Positions 54,092 to 63,160 of a stretch of DNA of 64,000 nucleotides are shown piece after piece (the first letter of the stretch is position 1; each line of letters opens with the position of its first letter). A program made the translations under genes and the position numbers. The notes beneath the pieces were generated by a model, which did no database searches, was not told where the DNA came from, and was given only the letters and a program-made list of their open reading frames with translations. This DNA is from an uncultured Acidobacteriota bacterium (lineage in GTDB: Bacteria; Acidobacteriota; UBA6911; RPQK01; JAPXNP01): NCBI GenBank assembly GCA_963777605.1, contig CAVZRV010000027.1, positions 352,001 to 416,000 of the forward strand. The letters run 5' to 3'.

Positions 54092-55147
54092 TCAGGTGAC
54101 GGCTCCCCGTGCGGCCACCGAGAAGATCTGTTCCACAGCTTCGTTTCTGCACCCATACACCAAGCTGAAGAGGTTGCTTACAACACAGCAGTGATTGGGC
54201 AGGATGCTGACCCTCTCTCCGATTTCCGGGCGCCGGGCACAGCGGGAGAAATCGACATGACCGTGCTCCTCCGAAAGGTTCCGAATCTCCGCTTCAGGGT
54301 ACTCGAGGATCAGGCCGTGCCCCCGCAGCCCCAACAGGTCTGAGGAGAGGCTCTTGCTCCCGGCATCCAAAATTCCACGGTCGGCGGTCGGCCTGCTGAC
54401 GACTGTTGCCAGCACCCTGAGAGCGCACTGGTCCAGTCGCATGGCCCCGGAGTTCACCGTGTAGCGGTCGCCGTAAACATACATACCGGCGCGGTACTCG
54501 GTGACTTCGGGATGTTCGTGGACCTGCCACATCGTATGTGTGCCCCCTGCACTCACCGTCTCGATGTCCAGACCTGAATCGCCAAGAAGTTCCCGAGTAG
54601 CCGCGACAAATTCCGGCGTGCGGTCGTTCATGGGGTAGGTCATCAGGCCACCGAATTTCAACCCGTCGGACTGGGCGATAGCAGCGGCAAGTTCCACGGC
54701 TTCCGCCGGAGTCTGCACGCCGCAACGGGCGGCACCGGTATCGAACTCGACCAGCACGGTCAGTTCGCGATTGGCGGACTTCGCCCCTTCTGCAAGTCCA
54801 GCGACTGTCACCCTCGAATCGGCAGTAACTCGGATCGACACCCGCTTCATCAGTGAACTCAACCGGGCGAGCTTCCGGGGTCCAAGAATGTTGTAGGGGA
54901 GAAAGATGTTCTTGAAACCGTAGTCGGCCATGATCTCGGCCTCACCCAGTTTCTGACAACAGATTCCAATCGCTCCGGCCTCCACTTGAAGGCGACCGAT
55001 TTCAGGGATCTTGTGGGTTTTGATGTGTGGGCGGTTGGCAACACCATGTTTTTCGAGATAGGACTGAAAGCGCTGAATGTTGGATTCAACACGATCCAGG
55101 TCAATTGCGATGGCCGGTGTTTCAATGTCTGCGATATTCGTAGTCAT
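54092..55147 (-). CDS. D-threonine aldolase/D-serine dehydratase-like PLP enzyme (alanine racemase fold)
   Basis: ETPA, RPHIKTHK, RCGV, GGT, EYRAG.Y, DAGSK, SEEHG, PNHCC. Confidence 0.9.
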   Translation of the reverse strand: MTTNIADIETPAIAIDLDRVESNIQRFQSYLEKHGVANRPHIKTHKIPEIGRLQVEAGAIGICCQKLGEAEIMADYGFKNIFLPYNILGPRKLARLSSLMKRVSIRVTADSRVTVAGLAEGAKSANRELTVLVEFDTGAARCGVQTPAEAVELAAAIAQSDGLKFGGLMTYPMNDRTPEFVAATRELLGDSGLDIETVSAGGTHTMWQVHEHPEVTEYRAGMYVYGDRYTVNSGAMRLDQCALRVLATVVSRPTADRGILDAGSKSLSSDLLGLRGHGLILEYPEAEIRNLSEEHGHVDFSRCARRPEIGERVSILPNHCCVVSNLFSLVYGCRNEAVEQIFSVAARGAVT

Positions 55148-55302
55148 TTCCTCTTCCTGGTAACGCAGATTTCAAAAGAGTGAATCAGGATTGCCCCCGT
55201 ACAATTATTAACGGACGGCGCGGTTTACACCACCCCGAAATCGATCAGCCTGGAATCTGAGCTTCTTCGAGGCATCCCCCTTTCTGGTAGATTGTGGGCA
55301 AT

Positions 55303-56361
55303 ATGCTTCTGGTTGATTCTCATCTGGACCTGGCCTGGAACGATCGCGAGTGGCATCGGGACGTCACCGGAGAAATTGCCGAGATTCGCGCCGGCGAGCA
55401 GGGACAGCACGGAATCGGGAGAGCTCGCAATACCGTCTCCATTCCCGAAATGCGCCGTGCGGAGATTGGGCTCTTCATCGGGACGCTGCTCTCCCGGCGA
55501 GTGGTCGAGCAGACTCCACCCTTCATACCGTTCGAGACTCCGGACCTGGCCCGCCAGGCCGCACTCTCACAACTTGATTTCTACCTGGAGATGAGCGAAT
55601 CGGAACTCCTCCGAACAATTCGGACTGCGTCTGAGCTGGACGGGCACTTGGAGCAATGGCAAAGGGAGAGCGATCAGACCCCGCTTGGTCTGGTCCTCAG
55701 CATGGAAGGAGCCGACGGGGTTCGGGCCCCCGACGATCTGGAGGACTGGTGGGGGCGAGGGCTTCGGATTATCGGCCCGGTCCACTACGGCGTCAACCAA
55801 TACTCTCACGGTACCGGGTCCGATGGAGGCCTCAAGCAGTTGGGACGTTCCCTGCTTCGCCAGATGGATGCTCTGGGGTACGTACTGGACGTCACGCATC
55901 TGAGCGACCTGGCCTTTGACGAGTCACTGGACCTCTTCACCGGCCCGGTTCTGGCAAGTCACCACAACTGCCGTACCCTCGTGCCCGGGCAGCGACAGCT
56001 CTCCGATGACCAGATTCGGGCACTGCTGGAACGGGGTGCCGTCATCGGAGTGGCATCGGACGCCTGGATGTTGCAACCGGGCTGGGTGAGAGCTGAAACC
56101 GCTCCCACCGTCGGCATCGCGGCCATGGCAGACCACATCGACCACATTTGCCAGCTCGCGGGAAATTCGCAACATGCGGCGATCGGGTCCGATCTCGACG
56201 GGGGGTTCGGTACGGAACAGTGCCCGACCGACCTGGATACGATACGTGACCTGCAGTCCCTGACCGGGATCCTCCTGACGCGGGGCTACCAGGAAGTCGA
56301 TGTCCGGAACGTCATGCACGCCAACTGGATTCGACTGCTCAGGAACGCCTTGGCTCCATGA
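55303..56361 (+). CDS. Membrane dipeptidase (M19)
   Basis: DSHLD, MEGAD, DVTH, ASHHN, DHIDHICQLAG, IGSDLDGG. Confidence 0.9.
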   Translation: MLLVDSHLDLAWNDREWHRDVTGEIAEIRAGEQGQHGIGRARNTVSIPEMRRAEIGLFIGTLLSRRVVEQTPPFIPFETPDLARQAALSQLDFYLEMSESELLRTIRTASELDGHLEQWQRESDQTPLGLVLSMEGADGVRAPDDLEDWWGRGLRIIGPVHYGVNQYSHGTGSDGGLKQLGRSLLRQMDALGYVLDVTHLSDLAFDESLDLFTGPVLASHHNCRTLVPGQRQLSDDQIRALLERGAVIGVASDAWMLQPGWVRAETAPTVGIAAMADHIDHICQLAGNSQHAAIGSDLDGGFGTEQCPTDLDTIRDLQSLTGILLTRGYQEVDVRNVMHANWIRLLRNALAP

Positions 56362-56404
56362 AGTACCGCTCCACGAGTTCCGGTTGGGGAGACCCTGTCA
56401 ACCG

Positions 56405-56546
56405 GCTCACAAATCACCACAGGAAGAACGATACCGCCAGGCCCCACTGACGTTCCGGAAGGTTCGTGCGTCAGATAGCCGGACAGGTAGCAACTGGAGA
56501 CGGTGTAGATCAGGCTGCCAAGCCACGCAGGCAAGATGATCCAAGC
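56405..56546 (+). ncRNA. Structured ncRNA, Acido-Lenti-1-like motif (family assignment from memory)
   Basis: Nested pairings ATCA/TGAT, ATACCG-CCAG/CTGG-CGGTGT, GGC..CTGACG/CGTCAG..GCC and TGCC/GGCA; contains the GGTGTAGAT...TGCCAAGCC...GCAGGCAA..TGAT string. Confidence 0.6.
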
Positions 56547-56610
56547 TTCCCGCCTGACATTTCTGAGGAGGACGTCTTCGATCTTTTCAGCCAACTTCTG
56601 CAGAGATCTA

Positions 56611-56638
56611 AGAGGGGTGGGAGTTGAGCCACCCCTCT
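56611..56638. terminator. Perfect 10-bp hairpin downstream of tpx (probable terminator)
   Basis: AGAGGGGTGG-N8-CCACCCCTCT; weak U-tract. Confidence 0.55.
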
Positions 56639-56657
56639 GGCAGTTCACGTTTGAGGC

Positions 56658-57176
56658 TCAGCCGGCAATCTTCTTGGCTGCTGCAAGGGCCGAATCGTAG
56701 TCGGGGTGATTGGTCATTTCCTTGACATACTCGACATACTGAATCGTCCCCTCCGCATCCACCACGAAAATAGCTCGCGTATCGAGTCGGAGTTCTTTGA
56801 TCAGTGTTCCGAAGGCGGAACCGAACTCGGCAGTCTGGTAGTCGGACAACATCACCAACTTATCCACGCCGGCAGCGGCACACCAGCGCGACTGGGCGAA
56901 GGGAAGGTCCATGCTGACGGTGTAGATTCTGACACCGGGCAACTGGGAAGCTTCCTTATTGAATCGCCGGGTCTGGGTATCACAAACAGGGGTATCGAGA
57001 GAGGGAACTACGCTGAAAATCCGTGTCGATCCCTCAGTATCGGCGAGAGTGAACGGAGACAGATCACGCGTCACCGTCTTGAACTCGGGAACCTTGTCCC
57101 CGACCGACAGCTCCGGGCCGACAAGTGTAAGCGGATTTCCTTTAAACGTAACAGCACCAGGTCTTTCAAGACTCAT
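56658..57176 (-). CDS. tpx: Thiol peroxidase (atypical 2-Cys peroxiredoxin)
   Basis: VTFKGNP, VPSLDTPVC, SMDLPFAQSRWC; GGAGG SD. Confidence 0.95.
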   Translation of the reverse strand: MSLERPGAVTFKGNPLTLVGPELSVGDKVPEFKTVTRDLSPFTLADTEGSTRIFSVVPSLDTPVCDTQTRRFNKEASQLPGVRIYTVSMDLPFAQSRWCAAAGVDKLVMLSDYQTAEFGSAFGTLIKELRLDTRAIFVVDAEGTIQYVEYVKEMTNHPDYDSALAAAKKIAG

Positions 57177-57288
57177 TATTCAATTCCTCCAGTTTTTGAG
57201 TCGACATTCTATCTGAAAGCGGCTCCCAATCGAAACTTTTGAGGGCGCCAGTGCATCAGAGCTAAAGTGAAACGATGCGGTGTTGGAG

Positions 57289-57326
57289 AAAAAAAGGTAG
57301 CCAAAACTTACAAAAAGTGGTAAAAA
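57289..57326. promoter_or_regulatory. Helically phased A-tracts (curved DNA or UP-element-like) in a divergent promoter region
   Basis: A-tracts end at 57295, 57306, 57316 and 57326 (spacing 11, 10, 10). Confidence 0.55.
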
Positions 57327-57382
57327 GCCCTCTTTCCTGGTTCACCCGATACTGAGCTTTAAGGATAGGTAAGAAGTTAGAT

Positions 57383-57721
57383 ATGAGAACATCGGCACTT
57401 GAAAGCGAAGGACTGTATCCACAAACCAAAAAGCCTGAACCCTCTTTGAGGAATCTGGCGCTGGGCATTCTGCTCCAGGCGTTTAGAGATATCGTAGCCC
57501 CGAAGAAGGCTTCGAACAAGGAGTGGGAAGAGTGGAGACAGGATGCCCTTGATTGGTTTTATGCGAATGAGAACGAGCCGGGCAGCTTTCACTGGGTCTG
57601 TGAAGTTCTGGAAATGAATCCCAACGATCTCCGAACTTGGCTTCAGGAGTACCGTCGCAGCGATGCCAAGCAGAAGAAGGAAATGGCTCGCAAGCTGACG
57701 CGCTTCCAGATCCGGCATTGA
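57383..57721 (+). CDS. Small conserved-looking helical hypothetical protein
   Basis: 112-aa ORF with pattern LxxxILxQAxRD...AxDWF...SFxWVCExL. Confidence 0.75.
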   Translation: MRTSALESEGLYPQTKKPEPSLRNLALGILLQAFRDIVAPKKASNKEWEEWRQDALDWFYANENEPGSFHWVCEVLEMNPNDLRTWLQEYRRSDAKQKKEMARKLTRFQIRH

Positions 57722-57778
57722 TGGCCTCGCATATCGTGGCCGTGCGCTTGCTTCGGCCCCTGGTCCGGGGGTCTTTGA

Positions 57779-58687
57779 ATGCAGTTTTTCCTGATATTTC
57801 TGGCGCTCCTTTTTGGCACCTACGGAACGATCCTCCTTTCCATCTTCCTGCGAAGGTGGCTGAAGCCGATTCTTCCGGTGCACGAAGACCAGGAAGAGCG
57901 GGAAGAGTGCGACGACCAGCGTGGCGCACACCTGATCGAGGTCATTAACGTCAAGAAAGCGTTTGACCATCCGGTACTTCGAGGGGTGACCCTCAATGTA
58001 CCTTGTGGTTCGACACTGGGCGTACTCGGTAAAAGCGGGACCGGAAAGAGCGTCCTGCTCAAGCTGATTGCCGGCTTTCTGAAGCCTGATTCCGGATTGG
58101 TTCTTTTCCAGGGTAAGGACATTACCCAGCTCTCGGAAAATCAACTGCTCGAACATAGGAAACGTGTCTCATACGTTTTCCAGGGCGGAGCTTTCTTTGA
58201 TTTTCTGGACGTCAGTGGCAACATCGCATATCCCCTGATTGAGCGGGGAATCACCGACGAGAAAGCTATCCGGGAGCGAGTGGAATATCTTCTCGACGCA
58301 GTCGAACTGGAGGGCATGGGGAACCTCCGCTACGACAGCCTCAGCGAGGGGAACAAGAAGCAGGTCGCCATCGCCCGTGCCATCGCCATCAACCCACAAG
58401 TAATCCTCTATGATGAACCGACTACCGGTGTCGATCCCATCATCGGAAAATCGCTAAGTCGCCTGATCCGTAAGCTCGGAAAACAGGAGAGCCTCACTTC
58501 GATCGTGGTAACCCACGACCTGAAATGCCTGGAAATCGTTTCCGATCAGATTGTTCTGCTCAAGGACGGTCTAATCCGGTTCGACGGGACTCCGGACGAC
58601 TTCCAGACCTCCGAGGATCCCTTCGTCGTGGCCTTTCGAACGGGCCGCCGCTATGACGAGCAGTTCGAAGTCGCCGTTGCATCGTGA
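57779..58687 (+). CDS. MlaF/Ttg2A-like ABC ATPase with N-terminal TM helix
   Basis: GKSGTGKSV, VFQGGAFFD, variant signature LSEGNKKQ, YDEPTTGVDP, VTHD. Confidence 0.85.
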   Translation: MQFFLIFLALLFGTYGTILLSIFLRRWLKPILPVHEDQEEREECDDQRGAHLIEVINVKKAFDHPVLRGVTLNVPCGSTLGVLGKSGTGKSVLLKLIAGFLKPDSGLVLFQGKDITQLSENQLLEHRKRVSYVFQGGAFFDFLDVSGNIAYPLIERGITDEKAIRERVEYLLDAVELEGMGNLRYDSLSEGNKKQVAIARAIAINPQVILYDEPTTGVDPIIGKSLSRLIRKLGKQESLTSIVVTHDLKCLEIVSDQIVLLKDGLIRFDGTPDDFQTSEDPFVVAFRTGRRYDEQFEVAVAS

Positions 58688-58712
58688 TGGGGGTTGGAAC
58701 TTACGACTTGAA

Positions 58713-58764
58713 GATTTTCGATTTTGACGCCTTTCCTTTCCATTGAAATCGTCAATCGAGAATC
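58713..58764. terminator. Imperfect inverted repeat between convergent genes (possible bidirectional terminator)
   Basis: GATTTTCGATTTTGACG ... CGTCAATCGAGAATC. Confidence 0.4.
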
Positions 58765-58773
58765 CTCCAGGCT

Positions 58774-59406
58774 CTACTCGGTATGCGGTGACGGCGTTCC
58801 GTGCCGCTGTTCCAATTCGCGATAGACGTCGGCGAGGCTGACGTCCCGTTCCGCGAGAAAAACCAGCAGGTGATAGAGGAGGTCCCCCGACTCTTCGACG
58901 GTTCGCTGTTGGGATTCCCCCATTGACATCATCGTCTCGACCGCCTCCTCCCCCAGCTTTCTTGCGATCTGGTAGATGCCCTTCTTGAAAAGGCTCGTGG
59001 TGTATGAACCGTCCGGCATCTCCTCTTTTCTCTTCTGGATCAGATCTGCCAGATGGAAGAGGAACTCAGCCGTCGAGCCGGTCGCTTTCTCTCCGAAACA
59101 GCTGGTTCGGCCCAGGTGGCAGGTCGGACCGTCCGGATAGGCGGCGAGCAGAAGCGTGTCCCCGTCGCAGTCGACCTCGATCGAGTCGAGCGTCAAGGTG
59201 TTGCCACTGGTTTCTCCCTTGGTCCAGAGCTGCGACCGACTGCGGCTCCAGAATGTCACCCGGCCGGTCTCCAGGGTCCGTGCCAAGGACTCCCGGTTCA
59301 TGTATCCCAACATGAGCACTCGGCCTGTCCGGGCATCCTGAATAATCGCGGGAACCAGCCCGTCTCCTTTGTTCCAGTCAATCCGCTCCGCGTTGAAATC
59401 CTTCAT
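58774..59406 (-). CDS. hisIE: Bifunctional phosphoribosyl-AMP cyclohydrolase / phosphoribosyl-ATP pyrophosphatase
   Basis: [23 protein letters not shown]...[19 protein letters not shown]. Confidence 0.96.
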   Translation of the reverse strand: MKDFNAERIDWNKGDGLVPAIIQDARTGRVLMLGYMNRESLARTLETGRVTFWSRSRSQLWTKGETSGNTLTLDSIEVDCDGDTLLLAAYPDGPTCHLGRTSCFGEKATGSTAEFLFHLADLIQKRKEEMPDGSYTTSLFKKGIYQIARKLGEEAVETMMSMGESQQRTVEESGDLLYHLLVFLAERDVSLADVYRELEQRHGTPSPHTE

Positions 59407-60158
59407 AACCGAATGCTCACTCCGTGATCCGCCAGAAACTGTTTCACCTCGGCGATTGAATAGCGGCTGTAATGAAAAATACTGGCCGCGAGAACCGCGT
59501 CCGCACGGCCGATGGTGAACCCATCGAGAAGATGCTGGGGAGAGCCCGCTCCACCCGACGCAATCACGGGGATCGAAACCCGCCTGGCCACCTCCTGGAG
59601 GAGTTCCAGGTCGTATCCATCCTGGGTTCCGTCACGATCCATGGACGTCAGGAGAATCTCACCCGCCCCGCGCTGTTCGCCTTCCGAGATCCAGTCAAGA
59701 GCGTCCCGGCCGGTCGGCCACCGCCCGCCTCCCACGAAGACCGTCCAGCGATCCTCGGTCCGCTTGGCATCCACAGCCAAAACAATGCACTGGGAGCCAA
59801 ACGCACTCGCACCGCGACTGATCAGTTCAGGTTCTTTCACAGCGGCACTGTTCACGGACACCTTGTCCGCTCCGGCACGCAGGAGGTCATGCATGTGCTC
59901 GAGAGAACTGATTCCACCGCCGACCGTGAAAGGGATAAAAACGGTGTCAGCGACCCTTCGAACCCAGTTGATCACGGTCCCCCGGGCTTCAACCGTCGCC
60001 GTGATGTCGAGGAAGACGAGTTCATCGGCACCCTCATCGTAGTACCTCTTTCCAAGTGCTACCGGGTCGCCCGCGTCCTGCAAGTCAACGAAATTGATCC
60101 CCTTTACAACCCGGCCATTCTTGACGTCAAGGCAGGGAATAATTCTCTTAGCCAGCAC
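59403..60158 (-). CDS. hisF: Imidazole glycerol phosphate synthase cyclase subunit
   Basis: [44 protein letters not shown]. Confidence 0.97.
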   Translation of the reverse strand: MLAKRIIPCLDVKNGRVVKGINFVDLQDAGDPVALGKRYYDEGADELVFLDITATVEARGTVINWVRRVADTVFIPFTVGGGISSLEHMHDLLRAGADKVSVNSAAVKEPELISRGASAFGSQCIVLAVDAKRTEDRWTVFVGGGRWPTGRDALDWISEGEQRGAGEILLTSMDRDGTQDGYDLELLQEVARRVSIPVIASGGAGSPQHLLDGFTIGRADAVLAASIFHYSRYSIAEVKQFLADHGVSIRL

Positions 60159-60867
60159 GAAGCATTTCCTCCCAGCTGAATTCGCCCTCGTAGAGCGCCT
60201 TTCCAATGACTACCCCGGCAACTCTTTCTTTGGACAGGAGGTTGATGTGTTCGGGACGGCTCACCCCTCCGGCCGCAATGACACCCAACCCCTCGCCCCC
60301 AAGTTCGACAAGACGTCGATAGGTGGAGTAGCTCGGCTGTTCGAGAGTCCCGTCCTTCTCGACGTCGGTTGAGATCACCTCGGTCATTCCCCAGCCCCGG
60401 ATAAGCTCCATCAACCCCTCAATCGTTTGGCCGCTTTCCGCCGTCCAACCGTCCGTCAGGAGACGTCCTCCCCTGATGTCGATGCTGACGATGAAGCGTT
60501 CTCCGCCCCAGCGACTGACCCAGGATTCAACGAGTTCCGGTGACTTGACGGCAACGGTGCCTAGAATCAAATACCGGGCTCCATAGCCCAGGAGCTCAGC
60601 GACGTCCTCGTCGGATCGGATTCCTCCTCCAACCTGGACCGGCAACTCACAAGCGGCAATCACCTGCTGGATGGCGGGCCGGTTCCGGCTGTTTCCGTCC
60701 CTGGCGGCTTCCAGGTCGATCAGGTGGAGACGCTGAAACCCAGCGTCCCTGAACTTCAGGGCCTGGGCCACCGGGTTCTCCGAGTACGTGGTCTTCCGGC
60801 CGTAATCTCCCTTGAACAGGCGGACGCAATGGCCGTCGATGAGGTCGATTGCGGGGATCTTGATCAT
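60148..60867 (-). CDS. hisA: ProFAR isomerase
   Basis: [39 protein letters not shown]. Confidence 0.96.
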   Translation of the reverse strand: MIKIPAIDLIDGHCVRLFKGDYGRKTTYSENPVAQALKFRDAGFQRLHLIDLEAARDGNSRNRPAIQQVIAACELPVQVGGGIRSDEDVAELLGYGARYLILGTVAVKSPELVESWVSRWGGERFIVSIDIRGGRLLTDGWTAESGQTIEGLMELIRGWGMTEVISTDVEKDGTLEQPSYSTYRRLVELGGEGLGVIAAGGVSRPEHINLLSKERVAGVVIGKALYEGEFSWEEMLRAG

Positions 60868-61481
60868 TCCTTACATCCTTCAGCATCAATAAAGTTCCGC
60901 AGCAACGTGAGGCCGGACATCCCGGAACGCTCAGGGTGGAACTGAACCCCGAGGAAGTTGTCCCGGATCACGGCAGCCGAGAAGGGGATCTCGTAGTCGC
61001 TTTGTGCAGCCGTGAACTCCGGAACCGGGGGAGCGTAATAGCTGTGAACGAAATAGAAGTACGCCTCCTCCGAAAGCCCTTTGACCAACTTCGGGACAAG
61101 CGGGCCGGCATCCAGGTCCCAGCGAACCTCGTTCCATCCGATGTGCGGCACCTTCATGCGACGACGGTCAAATCGCTGGACACGGCCGGGGATAATTCCA
61201 AGGCAGGGACAGTCCTCCTCATCAGAAATTTCGAACAGCAACTGCAGCCCAAGGCAGATACCGAGGAAAGGTACCCTGAGATCTCGAATTACGTCGCACA
61301 GACCCTGCCGCTGCAGGGAAGACATGGCCGCCCGCGCCGAACCCACCCCGGGAAGAATCACCTTTTCGGCCCCGGCCACAGTCTCTGGATCACCGGAGAG
61401 CACGTGTTCCACACCGAGGAACTTCAGGGCGTTCCCCACGTTGTACAGATTGCCTGCGTCATAATCAATCACTACGATCAT
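60864..61481 (-). CDS. hisH: Imidazole glycerol phosphate synthase glutaminase subunit
   Basis: DYDAGN, LPGVG, GICLG, PHIGWN, YFVHSY, QFHPE. Confidence 0.97.
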   Translation of the reverse strand: MIVVIDYDAGNLYNVGNALKFLGVEHVLSGDPETVAGAEKVILPGVGSARAAMSSLQRQGLCDVIRDLRVPFLGICLGLQLLFEISDEEDCPCLGIIPGRVQRFDRRRMKVPHIGWNEVRWDLDAGPLVPKLVKGLSEEAYFYFVHSYYAPPVPEFTAAQSDYEIPFSAAVIRDNFLGVQFHPERSGMSGLTLLRNFIDAEGCKE

Positions 61482-61503
61482 GATCCATTACCCCGGGCGT
61501 GTC

Positions 61504-62100
61504 TTAGAGGACTCCCTTAGTTGAAGGAACGTCGGCACCCAACTCCGGATCGAGCTTGACCGCCCCGCGAAGCGCGCGCGCAAACGCCTTGAAAATCCCC
61601 TCGATACGGTGGTGCTCATTCGCTCCGGGCTCGAGCATCTTGATGTGGAGGTTGCTGAGGGATTCCGACACCAGCGACTGGAAAAAGTGATTGACCATCT
61701 CGGTGGGAAAATCGCCGACCATGTCGCGCTTTGGCTGATAATCGGAGGAAAAGGAGAAACGCCCGCCCAGGTCAACCGCAACCGCCACCAGCACCTCGTC
61801 CATCGGAATCATGGCTGAACCGTAGCGGATGATCCCCTCCTTGCGCCCCAGTGCTTCTTTCAGAGCCTGTCCGAGAACCAGGCCAACGTCTTCGATCAGG
61901 TGGTGCGGATCGATCTCCAGGTCGCCCTTCGCAACGACGATCAGGTCAATCTGGCCGTGATGCGCCAGAAGCGTTAACATGTGGTCGAGAAAGCCGATAC
62001 CGGTCGAAGATTGTACCCGCCCCGTACCGTCGACATTCAGTTCGACTTCGACACTCGTCTCATTCGTCTCTCGATTGATCCTTGCCTTTCGCAGACTCAT
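61504..62100 (-). CDS. hisB: Imidazoleglycerol-phosphate dehydratase (monofunctional)
   Basis: RETNET, FLDHML, DPHHLIED, PMDE, NEHHRIE..FKA, PSTKG. Confidence 0.96.
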   Translation of the reverse strand: MSLRKARINRETNETSVEVELNVDGTGRVQSSTGIGFLDHMLTLLAHHGQIDLIVVAKGDLEIDPHHLIEDVGLVLGQALKEALGRKEGIIRYGSAMIPMDEVLVAVAVDLGGRFSFSSDYQPKRDMVGDFPTEMVNHFFQSLVSESLSNLHIKMLEPGANEHHRIEGIFKAFARALRGAVKLDPELGADVPSTKGVL

Positions 62101-62101
62101 T

Positions 62102-63160
62102 TCACTCCCCCTTCAAAAGGGCCTCCAGCCGAGACAGAAAGAGTTGGTTCTCTTCGGCGGTTCCTATTGTCACCCGAACACACCCGTCCAGGCCCGGAAC
62201 CGTGCTACGGTCCCGAATAATGATGCCTTCCGCCAGAAGCCGGCGGCAGATTTCCCTGGGCGCCCGGCAACGGAACAGGAGAAAATTCGCCTGCGACGGA
62301 AATACCGCAGTGACACCTTCCAACTTCTCGAGGGCTTCGCTGACCTTTGTTCTCTCCTGCAGAATTTTCTGGATCTGCCCGACGGTTTCATCCGTTGACC
62401 GCAGGGCCTGAACCCCTTGTTCCATGACCCAGGCATTGAGATTGTAAGGAGCCTTGACCTTGAGGAAATACCCGACGAGTTCGGGATCCGCCACCGTGTA
62501 GCCAAGGCGCACTCCGGCCCGCCCGAAAGCCTTGGAGAAGGTCCTGAGAATGACCAGATTCGGGTACCCCCTGACTTCCGAGGCGAGAGAGAGCTCACCC
62601 GCGAACTCCACGTAAGCTTCATCGACGACAACAATGCCGTCCCAATTCTCGGCCACCGCCAGAATTTCACGACGATCCAAGATATTTCCGGTCGGGTTGT
62701 TAGGACTGCAGACGAAAAGCACCCGAACAGAGGACGGAACCCAATCCAGAAAGTCGGCACTCGAGAACTGGAACTCACTGGAGAGTCTGAATTCGTGCAC
62801 CGCCACTCCGTAGATGTCGGCCAGCACCCGGTACATGCCGTAGGTGGGCTCAGCCACCGCAATCCCTGCTTCGATACCAAAGACTTTAAAGCACCAGTCG
62901 AGAACCTCGTCTGATCCAGCCCCGGCAAGCACCATCTCGGGGGAGACACTCAACTTGTCGGCCAAAGCACCGCGAAGCCTCCGCTGATACGGGTCCGGGT
63001 ACCGATTCAGTAGCACGGAACCCTCCTGACGCACAAAGGGATTCTCATTGGCGTCGAGCAGAATTCCGTCCTGGACCGTCTCCCGGGCGCAGTGGTAGGG
63101 CTCGAGGTCGACAATGTTTGGACGAATGAACCGGGACAGGCGCGCAGTTTCAGCCTTCAT
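62102..63160 (-). CDS. hisC: Histidinol-phosphate aminotransferase
   Basis: DANENP, NRYPDP, GSDE, SPNNPTG, DEAY, RTFSKAFG.AG.RLG. Confidence 0.95.
   Translation of the reverse strand: MKAETARLSRFIRPNIVDLEPYHCARETVQDGILLDANENPFVRQEGSVLLNRYPDPYQRRLRGALADKLSVSPEMVLAGAGSDEVLDWCFKVFGIEAGIAVAEPTYGMYRVLADIYGVAVHEFRLSSEFQFSSADFLDWVPSSVRVLFVCSPNNPTGNILDRREILAVAENWDGIVVVDEAYVEFAGELSLASEVRGYPNLVILRTFSKAFGRAGVRLGYTVADPELVGYFLKVKAPYNLNAWVMEQGVQALRSTDETVGQIQKILQERTKVSEALEKLEGVTAVFPSQANFLLFRCRAPREICRRLLAEGIIIRDRSTVPGLDGCVRVTIGTAEENQLFLSRLEALLKGE

Noticed and set aside
56440-56480. CCGGAAGG as the SRP RNA loop, or CTGACG as a hammerhead core
   Set aside because: The flanking SRP motif (CAGG...AGCAG) and the hammerhead CUGANGA/GAAA arrangement are absent.
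56286-56648. 120-aa minus-strand ORF downstream of tpx
   Set aside because: It starts beside the terminator hairpin, has no SD, overlaps the dipeptidase 3' end, and the region is better explained as structured RNA.
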